NCBI GenBank assembly: GCA_025594325.1
Contig: JANHCV010000005.1
Span: 1,364,001-1,428,000, forward strand
Direction: 5' to 3'
Length of the DNA: 64,000 bases
Source: Blastocladiella emersonii ATCC 22665
Taxonomy: Eukaryota; Fungi; Blastocladiomycota
This document shows positions 10,955 through 22,979 of this stretch, piece by piece. Below the pieces are notes generated by a model, which saw nothing but the letters and a program-made list of their open reading frames with translations, was not told where the DNA came from and ran no database searches. A program made the position numbers and the translations under genes. Within the stretch, counting starts at the first letter, position 1. Each line of letters begins with the position of its first letter.

Positions 10955-13324
10955 ATGGACTATTTATCAGACGACGACTTGATGCAACTTTCTCTCGACT
11001 TCATTTACGATGAAGCCCCGACGCAGGCCACCGCAATTGGCGTAGATTTTGACAACTGCGTCTCGCTCGCCGCGGTCCCGACCGAGCTGCTCGCCTTAAT
11101 CCTGCAACTCGCGAACCCGCAGTCCAAAGTGTGCGCAACCAACCGTGAGTTTCGCGCGCTCGCGAGAATGAAGGAGGTCAAACGGAACTGGGCCCGCCGT
11201 CGCCTGACCAAATGGACTGCGGAGGAGCCGACCAGTCGGCGTGTTCGCAGAGTCCCGCGCACCGAGCTCGAGGACCTTATTGGACCGGGGATCCCCTTCA
11301 AGCCGGGAAAGCCTTCGCCGAATCTCTTTCATTGCGCGTCGGAGCTGTTTCTCGACTACATGGAGCCTGACCTCGTCGTCTGCGCGGGCGACCTCGAGGA
11401 GCTCGCTAAGCTCGCCCAGTTTCCCCGCGAACTTCAATCCACTCCGCCCGCCTCGTCGTGGCAGGTTCCCGTCTTCTCGCACATCCAGCTCCTTGTCGCT
11501 GCCGTCACCCGCTCGGAATGCGCCACGGCGACCCGGCTCTTCGAGGCGACGCACACCCACGCCGACGAGCTCCTCTGGGTCCGCGCGGACTGGGTCAAGC
11601 TGCACCCGCCGCCGTCCGATCTCAACATTTACCGCAACCCGCAGGTCATGACGCTGTGTGACTACTTGCTCCAGCTTTCGATCGTGGCGTGGAATCCGGG
11701 GCTCTTCATCGCGCTTCGGAATCTTGGTCTCACGCTCGACGAGCCTGATGACATGCCCAACCTCGCGAAATTGGCGCTCACGACGCTCGCCAAGTACAGG
11801 AGCACGACGAGTCGGCTCACCATGGCGTTGGATTGGTTCTTCGAGTCCGACACGCTCTCGATCGCGGACCACTTGCTCAAATCGGGTCTCGTCGCCTCGC
11901 TTTTGGGCAGCTCGCTCGATAGCGTCCTGGAACACCTTCTCGACGAGTTCACTGACCAGGTCTCAGCCACCCTCTCCCGCAACGATCGCGCGCGCCTTGT
12001 TGCGTGGAGCCTGTCACGCAAGTCGCAGAGTCTCGAGCTTGACCTGCTCGAGTACCTCAACTACAACAATCTTCTTGACGCGCAAACGTGGGCTCTCATT
12101 GTCGTCGAGACGGTGAGCCAGAGCAGTGCCGATAGCCGTGCGATTCGCAAGCTCAGTCGTGAACTCGAGGCGCGACTCGGTGCCAACTTCCTTGACCCAA
12201 TCGTTGATGGTGCGTAACTTTTCCTGCCAAACTCGCTTTTGACGGCTTCCAGCTCATCGTCGCCTTCCTCACTTGTAGCTTTCATATTGTCTTGCGAGGT
12301 TCACGGTACCACCGCGCGCTCTCCGCGGCGCCTCCTCGCTTGCCGGCAACTTTGCGCGACTGAACGGTGGCCGGAACTGCTCGACCGGATCGCCGCAGCC
12401 ATGTTTCACGACTGCCGTCCCGAAAAGTGCCCGCGCTCCGAGCTACGCACGCGCAACGGGCGATCGTGGTCCGCGACTTCGCTCGCGGCTGGCACCAAGC
12501 AGCTGGCGCCGCACTTGGATCGTGTCAAGTTCCAGTTTGCGGCCATCTTTGGCGAGCCGACCGAGACGAACGTTTCGGTCCTGTTCGAGCTCGCTACTCG
12601 GATCCTGTCGCGGGCGGGACTCGCTCATTTTGACGATTTCGCGCCGGCCCACTGGATCGCGGTCGCGGCGCTTCAGGACTTCGACAAGCGTCCCGCGGCT
12701 CTCCAGCTCCTGCAGCAGACGGGTACCGCGTCCAAGTTCCTCGGCATGATGATCATGGCCCAGGTCGACTGCGGCGGGCGCCACATCCGCGCGTTCCTCC
12801 CGATCGACCACAACAAGTCGGACCGAACGTGTCCGAGCTGCCCGCTCGCTAAGCAGGAGCCGTAGTTCGCGACGGTCGTCGACCTCGCACGCTTCGACGG
12901 CGCCATCGCGGGCCTCCCGTCCGTCGCGCAAACGGCTCTCCTTCTCCTCGCCCACGACAGCGCCACGCTTGCCGCCGACGTGCGCCTCTCGAAACTCCCG
13001 CGCCAGCGCAGGCGGTACGAGACCGGGTGCGCGTGGCACCAGCTCCCGCAGCCGAGCCGCGAGCTCGTTCGCGCGCTGATCGGCGCTGATTTTGGAGCGG
13101 TGCTCGATATCGTCGCGAGCGAGTCGCTGCCCACGTGCGCCGACTTTTGGCGACTCGTGCCGGACGGCGCGCTTGACCGCGTGCGGGACGCGCAGTGGAT
13201 TTCGCAGAGCGTACTCAGCCTCAAGGGCCAGAAGGCCGACGAGTGCGTCAAGGAGATCGAGCGGGCCGCGTTCCGCGCGGTGCAGTCGAAGGAGTATAAG
13301 GCGGCGTTGAAGCTGTCGCAGTGA
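10955..13324 (+). pseudogene. F-box-like family copy A1; two exons (intron 12210-12278); one in-frame TAG at 12863-12865
   Basis: N-terminal LAAVPTELLALILQLA..W motif. Colinear with paralogues at 15.5, 18.2 and 23-25 kb. The TAG sits where paralogues have Trp (QEP*FAT vs QEVWFAA, QTSWFGT, QAPWFAT). Confidence 0.75.
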
Positions 13325-13579
13325 GCGCGTTTGAGTACTCGCAGCTTCATCCACACTACAATGACATCTTTAGGTTGCATTTTGCTCTCGGGTTCCGATG
13401 CTGGGTCGAGCGTCTTGAGCAGACAGCAGGAGAAGCGACGAGGCTCGAGGCCGCGAAGCGCCACTTATGCGCCACACGTGTTCGCGCCAAACTTGGGGCT
13501 CCGAGTGCGCGAGCCGCCTTCCTGTGCGCCACCGTCGGCGCCCCCTCTCTCCCTCCCCCACACATCCTCAGTGCATGCA

Positions 13580-15268
13580 ATGGAGACTTCGCTCAAGATA
13601 CCGCACTTGATCGACGCTATCTTATGTCTGGCCTGGTCGCTCGATCCAACTGACTTTGAAGCGGCGCACCAGTACGTCGGCGTGCTGCCGCGAGCGCTCA
13701 TTCCCGACACTTGTCGACAGGTGTCAAAGGTCGCTCTTGTCGACAAGCTGGCTTACCGGAGCCAGCCGTGGCCAAACCGGCCTCCGCCTCCGCCTCTCGA
13801 GTCGTCCAAGCAGCTTGCGCTCCGCAGCGACCTTGCTGTGCTTCTCCTCGCCCCAAAAGTCGAGAGCGGACAGCTTTCTTCGATCACGCTAAACTCGATT
13901 AAATTCAACGACCGGAGCGCAAGTCACCTTGGTGCTGCTCTCAACTCCCCTGCACAGTGCGTTTCGCACATTTCGCTTATTGCCTGCGGTCTCACTCTGG
14001 ATCTCGTTTGCCTACTCCGGCTTCCTGACACGGTTCTACACTTGAATCTCTCCAAGAACCCGTTGGGCGATTTCCACGATCAAGATTTATGGGACGCCAT
14101 GGGCTACGCCTTCTTTGACGAAGCGTCGGACGGTGGTACGGTCACGACTCGCGGCAGGAAGGACGCGGTCTCAGTGAACGCTGACTCTATTTCGAATCGC
14201 CTCCGGATTTTAGAAGATGGCCCTTCATCGAATGATGAGACCAACGACCCGATTGACGGTCTTTCATCAACAAACGAGACCTACGACTCGGCGGACAAGT
14301 TTGATGAGCCAATTGGCGGTTGCCTTCCGTGCGGACTGGTTAGCTTAAACCTGAGCGAGGTTTATGACCTCGCCCGAACCTTGAACGGGTTACTCGCTAT
14401 CAGCCCGCTCCCCAGCACCCTTGAATCGCTTACGCTTGCGCACAATGATCTCAACAACGAGGTCACCGTTGCAGCCATCGAGTCATTCATTCCTACCAAT
14501 CTCAAGTGCCTTAACCTCGACTATTGTCGTCTTGGCAAACTAGATTATCAGAAGAAATATTTGCAACGCGACCCATGGTTCAAGAACATTTGCGCGTCAC
14601 TCAACACTCTCAGCCTTCAATGTAACGACTTGATGAACGAGGAATGCCCTTGCGTCTGTACGCTTGAGCATCTCTACCCTACCTTGACCACGCTTATCCT
14701 TTCGAGAAACGGAAGCTGCGGCTGGGCCGAGCTTGCAGCAGTCATGCCTCCGCAGCTCGAGGTTTTCGAGCTGGTCAACCATGATGGGTGGGATTATGCG
14801 TTTCGTTCACTCCAGATGGAGGAGCAGTGCTTACAGTACCAGCTTTTGATTGATGCGCTGCCATCTACCCTCAAACGGCTTTCTCTCAGCATGCTGGTCT
14901 CCAGATACGAGAGAGCATTCACGTACTTGGTTGCGCACCTTCCGCCTCGCCTCGAAACGCTTAATATTTCGAATTGGAGCCTCAAGGCTCGAGGCCTCTG
15001 GGCACTGACGCAGCATCTGCTCCCACAGACCCTCACACACATCAACATTGGTGCCGCAAGGCCTGCCAAGTTTGTTGAAGTTCTTGTTCGCCGGCTTACT
15101 TCCACGCAACTTAGTTACGAGGACGCAAAGTACCCGCTCGACTGGACTGGACCGATCGACGAAACAGGCCTTGAATGGATCTTTGGCCTTGATGCAGCTG
15201 ATGACCCCGATGATATCCGCCAAGGCGAGCGCCATGGGCGTGAGTATTGGGAGCTGCGCGACTTATGA
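13580..15268 (+). CDS. Leucine-rich repeat (RNI-like) protein B1, intronless, 562 aa
   Basis: Repeated LP.(T/S)L..L.L..N.L units. Paralogue of 25612-27234 (both start M.TSLKIPHLID.ILC). Confidence 0.8.
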   Translation: METSLKIPHLIDAILCLAWSLDPTDFEAAHQYVGVLPRALIPDTCRQVSKVALVDKLAYRSQPWPNRPPPPPLESSKQLALRSDLAVLLLAPKVESGQLSSITLNSIKFNDRSASHLGAALNSPAQCVSHISLIACGLTLDLVCLLRLPDTVLHLNLSKNPLGDFHDQDLWDAMGYAFFDEASDGGTVTTRGRKDAVSVNADSISNRLRILEDGPSSNDETNDPIDGLSSTNETYDSADKFDEPIGGCLPCGLVSLNLSEVYDLARTLNGLLAISPLPSTLESLTLAHNDLNNEVTVAAIESFIPTNLKCLNLDYCRLGKLDYQKKYLQRDPWFKNICASLNTLSLQCNDLMNEECPCVCTLEHLYPTLTTLILSRNGSCGWAELAAVMPPQLEVFELVNHDGWDYAFRSLQMEEQCLQYQLLIDALPSTLKRLSLSMLVSRYERAFTYLVAHLPPRLETLNISNWSLKARGLWALTQHLLPQTLTHINIGAARPAKFVEVLVRRLTSTQLSYEDAKYPLDWTGPIDETGLEWIFGLDAADDPDDIRQGERHGREYWELRDL

Positions 15269-15378
15269 CCGTCATCGTCGCTTGTTTTGCTTGTTTCGCA
15301 ATAATTAAAGTTGATTTGTTTGCTGGCTTTGGCTCGTCATCGCACTTGGCGTCCGCTGAACACCAAGCGGATTGCGAG

Positions 15379-15398
15379 ACGCGTCGATCAAACACGTG
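15379..15398 (+). promoter_or_regulatory. ACGCGT-N8-CACGTG element upstream of A2
   Basis: Exact motif, lying in a ~70-bp block shared with 18028-18100. Confidence 0.65.
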
Positions 15399-15477
15399 AG
15401 GCGATGTGAGGGCAGCTGTGGCGCACCGAACTCGCTTTGCTTGCCGCTCGATCGGTTGCTTCCCAAGTCCCACTACC

Positions 15478-17684
15478 ATGAAGCAAGGAAAAACGGAAAC
15501 GCATGAATACTTGATGCAACGTGCTGCTGGCATGAAGTTCCGCAGTTGCAACTCGTTGACCGCCCTCCCAACCGCGATACTCGCCTTTGTTACGCGGCTT
15601 GCAAACATCCGGCTGATTCACCTCACGACAACTCGCGAGCTCTACTTCATCGCAGCGATGAAAGGGACGCGGAACGTTTTGGCGCGCCGCCGTCTCCTCA
15701 CTTGGGTGTCTGACGGCATCAACAAGCTCATCCGCCAGTGGCCTCGCGCAATCATTGCATTTGACCTCGACGTGCTCAGTTCCTCACAATGGTCGCTGCA
15801 GGTCGGCGACCCGCCGGCCGCTTTTTACCACTGCGCCTTGGACCTCTTACTTGATCTGGTCGAGCCCAAACTCGCCGCCTTGGCCAACGACCCAAAGAAG
15901 TTTGAGAAGCTTGCGGAACTTGCCAAGTTTCCTCAAGCTGATTCAGCCATGCGCGGTTGCTCCCTCAATGCCAACCAGCGCTCACGCTCAAGCTCGTAAC
16001 CATCTCCGTGTTTTCAACAGGTTGCTGCTGGACGGCAGGCTTGTCCGCCCGCTGGCTCTATCCATCATTCTCTCCGCGACTTTCTGCTCACGCTTTCCGT
16101 CATCTCGTGGAACGCGGGCGTCCTGGCCTTGGTTTGCGCTTCGGACTACGTGCTTGATGACACAACAGCGGACCTGAAGACTCTTGCACCCTTGGTTACG
16201 AAGGCGCTGTCGTACTACGCGAGCGACGAGGACCGGATTCTTTGCATGCTGGACTTGTACTTTTTACCAATCAGTTTGCCCATCGCCAAAGTCGTTTTCA
16301 AATCCGGTCTTGTGCAGCAGCTCATGGATCAATCGTTGGACCGCGTTCTCGAACATCTCGTCAACCAGTATGCCGAAACCTCATTGAATTGGTAACTCCC
16401 GCAGTTCAATCAAAACTCGTCACTTGGAGCTTCCAGTGCCCCTCTGATAAACACCACAGCAATCTTATCGAGGTTCTCCACAGCAAGGGCCTCCTTGACG
16501 CTGAAACGTGGGCGCTGATAATCCAGGCAGCTGTTGAATCCGGCTCAAGCAAGCATCTCTTCCTGGGCCGCCTTGGACGGGAGGTGAAGGCGCGCCTTCC
16601 GCCGCCGGACCTTATTGACGTCGCTGTAAATGGTACGTCTTTCGACATCCAGCTTTGATCTTTCTTGACCACACTCCTGTGACTCTCTTTTGCCTAGCTT
16701 TTTCGAGGCTCGAATCAGAATCGGCATGCGGTATTCTTCACCTTGTGCCTCTCTTCGAAGCCGATCGGCTGCCCAAGCTCTATGAGCGACTCGCGTCGAA
16801 ATTGATGGACGAAACCGCTCACGAACAGCACGCAGATTTCGTCCTTGGCTGTCAGGCGCGGCCATTGGACATATGGTCGTCCCTTGGTGGTGTCCCAGCG
16901 CGTCTCTCCACAATGTTTGGAGAGCCGTCGGATAAAAACGTTGGGTTTCAGCTTGAATTTCTCGCCCGAATCGCGCCATTGGCCAACGCGTCCCAGTTTA
17001 GCCCGCTTGTATCAACGCATTGGATCATTGTTGCAGCTCTTCGAGGCACTGAAACGCGCGCCGCAGCGTTGGACCTGGTGCAGCGATCGGGCACGGCGTC
17101 CAAGTTTCTCGCCATCATGATTTCAGCTCAAATCCGCGCCGACAGTCACAGTACCCGAGCTTCCTTCCCTGTTCACGACACTGCACCGCCTGCGTGCGAC
17201 GAGTGCCCCTTGTCAAAGCAGGAGGTGTGGTTTGCAGCGTTTTTCGACCTTGTGCGCATCGACGGTGCGCTTGATCAACTCCCGGCCTCCATCAAATCAA
17301 AGCTGCGATCGTTTGCCCACGACTCTCTCAGCAAGTCCGCGGGGCGTGCGGCTCTCCAGCGCGTCGCTATCGTCTTCACCAACTTCGTGTGGCTGCCGCA
17401 AAGTCTCGCACTCGGGCCGCGAGATGATACGCATCTTTGCTCGCACTAATCTCGCTTCCCTCCTTGACATGGTTGAGACTTCCGTCCCGTCTGGATGCGT
17501 CCATTTCTGGCGTCAGATCGAAGACGGCGCGCTTGACTGCCTGCGAGATGTCAACTGGATTGCCCGCTTAGTCAAGGCGCTTCAGCGGCAGGGGGTTGCG
17601 CGTAGCGTAGACGAGGTCAAGCGTATCGCTCCCATCACCGTGGGGTCAAACGAGTTCGTGGCAGCCCTCAAAACAGCTGAATAA
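15478..17684 (+). pseudogene. F-box-like family copy A2 with several frameshifts (intron 16633-16697)
   Basis: Homology to intact A3 is spread over successive frames (ORFs 15406, 16129, 16242, 16655, 17232). Confidence 0.8.
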
Positions 17685-18045
17685 ATAAACTCTTTGCACA
17701 GTCGAGTACCTCAGACGTCAAGAGCCCTGCCGTGAGTTTGAGTGAGCGGGGCGCAACGGACTCCACTGCAATACACGCAGGGAGCGGGCCAATCGTGGGG
17801 GCCCCGACTGGCAACGTACAATACGCGATGGCTCCAAGGTCGTGGTCACTGACTTGAGAGGCAGCCATGGTGCTGACCAAACGTCAAGACGTACCAGCTC
17901 TAGCAAGGGTAGGGGAAGCAAAGCTGGCCTTTGCGTCGTGTCCGAGAAAATTCAGCAACACTTGAGTAGTAAAAAAATTAACAACTTTGCTCATATCCAT
18001 TCGTCAGCGCGCTCGGCATCCGCTGATCACCAAACGGTTTGCGAG

Positions 18046-18065
18046 ACGCGTCGATCAAACACGTG
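18046..18065 (+). promoter_or_regulatory. ACGCGT-N8-CACGTG element upstream of A3
   Basis: Exact motif about 93 bp before ATG 18158. Confidence 0.65.
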
Positions 18066-18157
18066 AGGTGATGTGGCGGCGGGCGGTTGTGGCGCACCGA
18101 GCTCCCACCAGTTCGCTTCGCCTGCCGCTCCATCGATCGCTCTCGAATTCGACCACC

Positions 18158-20640
18158 ATGGAGCAAGGAAACAGGGAATCACATGAAAACTTGATGCAAC
18201 TCGCTGCCGGCATGGAGTTCCGCAGCCGAGACTCGCTGGCCGTCCTCCCGGCCGAAATCCTCGCTTTAGTCATGCAGCTCGCAAACTTTCGCGCCACTCT
18301 GTACTCGGCCTCTCGCGAGCTTTACTCCGTCGCACACATGAAAGAAACGCGGCACGTTTTGGTGCGCCGTCGACTCTTGACTTCGATGTCCGACGGTCTC
18401 AACGGGCGCCTTTCCTGGCGGCCTCACCCAAACATCGCATTCGATCTCGACGTGCTCATTTGCTCGGATGCCTGGCTGAACGTTGGTGACCCACCGGCTG
18501 CTTTTTACAACTGTGCCCTGGAGCTGTACCTTGATTTGGTCGAGCCCCAGCTTGCCACCTTGGCTAGCGACCCGAACAAGCTCGACAAGCTTGCCCACAT
18601 GGCTCGTTTTCCTCTTCAAGCCTACGCTGAAATCGAGCAAACACATTTTCATGGCGTTCCCGTCGTGGTGCACGCGCTGCACCGTGCTTCGGCACCCCCG
18701 CCGCCAAAGTCTAATTTCAACCCTCATGTCCTTCCCACCTACGAGCTGATTCTCTGCAATGGGTCGGTGTTGCACCACAGGTTCGGTCGCCCGCTCCTGC
18801 TTTCTTGGAAATATCCAGTTTACTCGCTCATCAAGCTTCTCACCGCGGCGATTCCTCGTCTGGACGAGCACGCGACATTCACACTCTTTGGCTTGGCGCG
18901 CAAACGTGTCCCGGACTTGTTCAAGGTTCGCGGCGTTTGGAACCAGCTCCACCCTCTGCCTTCTGCGATTGGTACTCTCCCGCTTGACGAACATCAAACG
19001 CTGTGCGACTACTTGCTCAATCTTTCTGTGGTCGCTTGGAACTTGGGTTTCATCACTTTGATCCACTCCTCAAACTACCCACTTGGCGACGCCATCAAAG
19101 GCCCTGATTTCTTCCTTTTGTCGGCCTTGTGGAGGGCTCTCTCGTGCTTTGCAGACGACAAAGGTCGAATCTTCCGCGTTGTGGACTGGTATTTCCTTCA
19201 TTACGGAGATTCCATCGCCAATGGTTTGCTCAGATCTGGACTTGTCCATCATCTCGCGGTCCGATCTTTGGACCGCGTCCTGGAACACATTCTTGAAAAC
19301 TACACCGAGCAGCTTGTCGCTTCAATGAGCCCTGTAGATCAAGCAAAGCTCGCTGTTTGGCGCTGCCGGTTCGTGTGTGAGGTCGGCCAGATCGACTTCA
19401 TTGAGCTTCTCGACTACAACGGCCTCCTCAATCTCGAAATGTGGGCATTCATATTTCATGCAGCCCTCACCGACAGCTTGAGCAAACGACTCTTCCTGGG
19501 TCGCCTTGGACAGGAGGTGGCCGCGCGCCTCTTGCCAGCGGAGCGAATGGTCATTGTTATGAATGGTACGCTCTCCACTCCCTCGCTGTGCTCAGTCGCA
19601 CTCTCTCACCACTTCCGCGACTCTGTCCTTGCCCAGTCATCTCAAGGCTGGATTTAGCCTCTGCGCGCTCCATCTTCGATCTCGTTCCCCTTTTCACGGC
19701 GGATGAGCTACCCGAATTCCTCAACATGCTTGCCTCAAAAGTGCTCGACGATTGCTCGCGCGCCCAGTTGCTCGAGCTAAACTCACAGCTCGCACCAGGC
19801 GCGTTGAACTTGCCGTTGCCACGCATGGGTGGTGGTATCTCAGCACTTCTTGCAGCTTTGTTTGAGCATCCTTCTGAGGCCCACCTTGGCCTCAAGTTTA
19901 CCTTTCTGAATCAAATTGTCTCCTGCGTTGATGAGGCCCACCTTGTCTCGCTCAACACGGCACACTGGCTTATTGTTGCAGCGCTCCAAGAGCCCGAGGC
20001 GCGCACCGAAGTTTGGGACCTCATGCAGCGTTCCGTTACCGCGCCCAAGCTTCTTGCGATCTTGATTTCGTTTCAAACTAGCTTGCTTGGTGAAAGCAGC
20101 GGTCAATCCATACTTCCGGTACTCGAGTCGACCTCAAGGCTGTGCGGCAAGTGCCCGTTGCCGCAGCAGACCTCGTGGTTTGGGACGTTTGCCGACCTTG
20201 CGCGCATGGAAAATGTCCTCGATCAGCTTCCATCGTTTGCCAAAGCTTGCTTGCACTCCCTTGCCCACAACGCCACGAGCGCCGTTTCGGACGAACCCTC
20301 ACACATGCGTCCGCCGCGGAGTACCGCGCGCTCGTGCAGTTGCCCGTGGATTCCACATCCCTGCCACGAATTAATTCGTGTCCTCGCTCGGATCAATCTC
20401 AGCTCGCACTTGGACATTGTCGCAGCCGACTTCCCTCCCACATCACTCAACTTTTGGCGGCAGCTCGAGAACGGTGCGCTCGACGGCGTGCGGGATATCG
20501 GCTGGATTGCTCGCACGTTCAAGGTGCTTCATCGGCAGGGCGCTGTTCAATGCGTAGCGCAGATTAAACGTGTCTCTCCGATGACAGTGTGGTCGGACCA
20601 GTTCGCGGCTGCAGTCCAAGCGGCCGCATGTGCCTACTAG
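18158..20640 (+). CDS. F-box-like family copy A3, apparently intact (exons 18158-19565, 19658-20640; 796 aa)
   Basis: LAVLPAEILALVMQLA motif. Phase-1 GT-AG intron 19566-19657 joins two open frames. C-terminal CGKCPL.QQ.SWF and DGALD..RD..WI motifs. Confidence 0.75.
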
Positions 20641-21499
20641 GCCAATGAATATATTGCGTTCCTAGTTGATGAAGTAGCTGCTGTTCGCGGAGTCCGCTCG
20701 GCAGCGGGTCAACGCGAGATTGACGCGTGTATCGTAACACGGCTGTGGGTCGCAACGCGTTTGTTTCATTCGTCGAGTTGGCGGGTCAATATGAATCCTT
20801 CGTCAATGTGCGCGACGGAGCTCGTCGCTCAATCCGACGTGCTCAGTGATCAATTCGGCGGGCCGATCGAGGTTCAAGGGCGACCGCGAGATTCGTGGGA
20901 CGCGCGTCAGCGTGATTGATCGATTGATCCTCTCGTCAAGTGTTCCCTTCGAAGCACGGATTCAAGCGCTCGAGAGAAATCGTTTGGCAACGCGGCAATA
21001 CTCGCGGTCGCTGAGCGCTGGCGGCTGACTTGAGTTGTGCAAGCTCCTCCACATTGCGGGCAATCATCGACTGCCCTGCACAACTCATGCCGCCGCTCAG
21101 ATTCTCTCTGCCCTGACCTGACCTGACCGAGAGCAAGACTTGTACACAGAGAGGACCGTGTGATTAGGATTATATCTGTTGGGCGAGGCCCAACGGCAAG
21201 GGTGGAAAGGCGACAGAGAGTGATGCTGCACACGGGTGGGTGTCAAGAAGAAAGGGTGAAGGGAACAGCAGGCAGGATGGCGTGCAGCCATTGTTGAGCG
21301 TCGAGCAGCAGGAGAGCAAGACGCTCAAGAGCTCAGATGCGGACCTAGACGCGTCGGAGAGCGCGCTGGTCAGCGATTGATCGCAACGCAGACTCACCCG
21401 GGTCGAGAACGTACAATGGTCGACGCGCGCTCATCCGTGAGCCCAACTGTATCGCCTGCGGTCGCGAGGGTCGGAGTCCTACGGCGCGAGAAACATGCG

Positions 21500-21715
21500 T
21501 CAGGTCAGCTCGACGATGTCCACCACGCAAGCCATGAGCAACAGGAAAACGTACCCAGCGGCAGCGTACGGGCTCTGGACCGGGATCAGCTCGAACGGCG
21601 TCTCAAGCAGCACCGTGCCAAGTGACTGCCAACGGGCCACGTCCTTGGCGTAATACTCGTGCGGGTTGGCGAAGAGGTCCCCCATCGTGTACTTGGCGAT
21701 AATGGAGATGAACAT
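21500..21715 (-). pseudogene. Isolated coding fragment of an unidentified, probably membrane, protein
   Basis: Strongly G/C-ending codons in the frame FISIIAKYTMGDLFANPHEYYAKDVARWQSLGTVLLETPFELIPVQSPYAAAGYVFLLLMACVVDIVEL; no full gene structure around it. Confidence 0.4.
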
Positions 21716-21789
21716 TGAGCAATGCATTTTTTGGCAGGACAAGTTGGGCCAATCGTCTCAAATGACGCAAGAACCCTCTACCTTGTCGC

Positions 21790-22110
21790 TCAACAAGGGC
21801 GATACCGCGGCAGCGCCGCCGCCGGGGTACCCGTACTACCTGATCCTCGTGTGCGACTGCATCTACTCGGAGGTTTCGAGCTCGGACCTCGCGACGTGTC
21901 TCGACCGGCTGTGCGCGCCGGGGACGGTGGTGTGTGTCATCAACTAGGTTAAGACCGATCCGATCCAGGACGCATTTAAGAAGTCAATCGAGCTCATCTT
22001 TGATAGCACGTTCCGCGATATTGAAGAGGATGTGATCCCGTTCCTCCCCGAGAAGCTGCGGTCCCACACGATGCGGTGGTATGTGCTCACGCGCAAGGGT
22101 GTTGATCGCG
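21790..22110 (+). pseudogene. C-terminal fragment of a family-16 (METTL21/EFM-type) SAM methyltransferase with an in-frame TAG at 21945-21947
   Basis: YYLILVCDCIYSE..SDLATCLDRLC resembles the D.I(L/I)..D(C/V)IY motif; the SAM-binding motif I is absent. Confidence 0.55.
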
Positions 22111-22257
22111 TGGGGTGTGGTGTGCAAGGAAGTGGTGAGGGAGGGAGCAGAATAGAGGTATAGCTGTCTCCGAATCACGATCAACGGTGCTGAGAGGATC
22201 ACGACGGTTAAGCCAAGCAAAACATATGAACGAACTGGCCTGCGAAAGCCATAAGAT

Positions 22258-22329
22258 TGCCGCCTGGGAGGATCGAACACCCGGCCTTTGCTTTACGAGA
22301 GCAACGCTCTGCCACTGAGCTAAGGCGGC
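22258..22329 (-). tRNA. tRNA-Thr(CGT), intronless, one T-stem mismatch
   Basis: GCCGCCT/AGGCGGC acceptor stem, GCTC/GAGC D-stem, TTGCT-CTCGTAA-AGCAA anticodon arm, GGGTG-TTCGATC-CTCCC T-arm. Confidence 0.9.
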
Positions 22330-22979
22330 TACCCCTCGCCTTGACAGATATCAGGTCGAGTCTGCGCATTATATTGATTCTGCAGAATGACCACCCTCGA
22401 CAGTCCTCCGCCCCCAGGGACGAGCGGCGGCCACGGCGACATCGACGGTCAGTTGGAGACCAGCCTTGCGAGCGTGGGCTCGGTGACCCTCGGCGCACTT
22501 ACAGCCCGCTGAGCGAAGTACAGCGATAGAAGCTGGCAGTGATGCTGTCGCGTATCGTACGTACGGTGGTCATCGTGGCGATCGACCTGATCTCGCTTGT
22601 TCCGTCCACAACCGTGTCTCCGTCCCACCGCGCTCCTGCGGCGCAGCTAGTGAACGCATTCGTCTGTTGGCAAGCTGCCGCACGTTGGCGGATCGTGTAG
22701 GCATCAGACCATGTCCGTTTGATTCGAGGCGGCTGGCCAGATCCGCGGCGGAAACCAGGGCTCCGTGGAAATGCGCTGCCAGCGAGAGTATCAGTCCTGG
22801 CGAAGTTGCCGCTTGGCGGGTAACGGGAAAATAGCAAGAGTCGAACCGCTTGCATGCTGGTCGAGGGCTTACACGGCGTTGGAGGCAATGTATTGACGAG
22901 TGTTGAGGGTGCGGGAAGCGTGGAGAGGCGCTCGGCGGAGCGCGTCCAGCTTGGCTGGTCAGGTGAGTGGCGCAATGCG

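Noticed and set aside
18026-18036. ATCACCAAAC resembling the transposon TIR
   Set aside because: Only a 10-nt match, with no partner end or TGGATCCA array; it is part of the A2/A3 promoter block.
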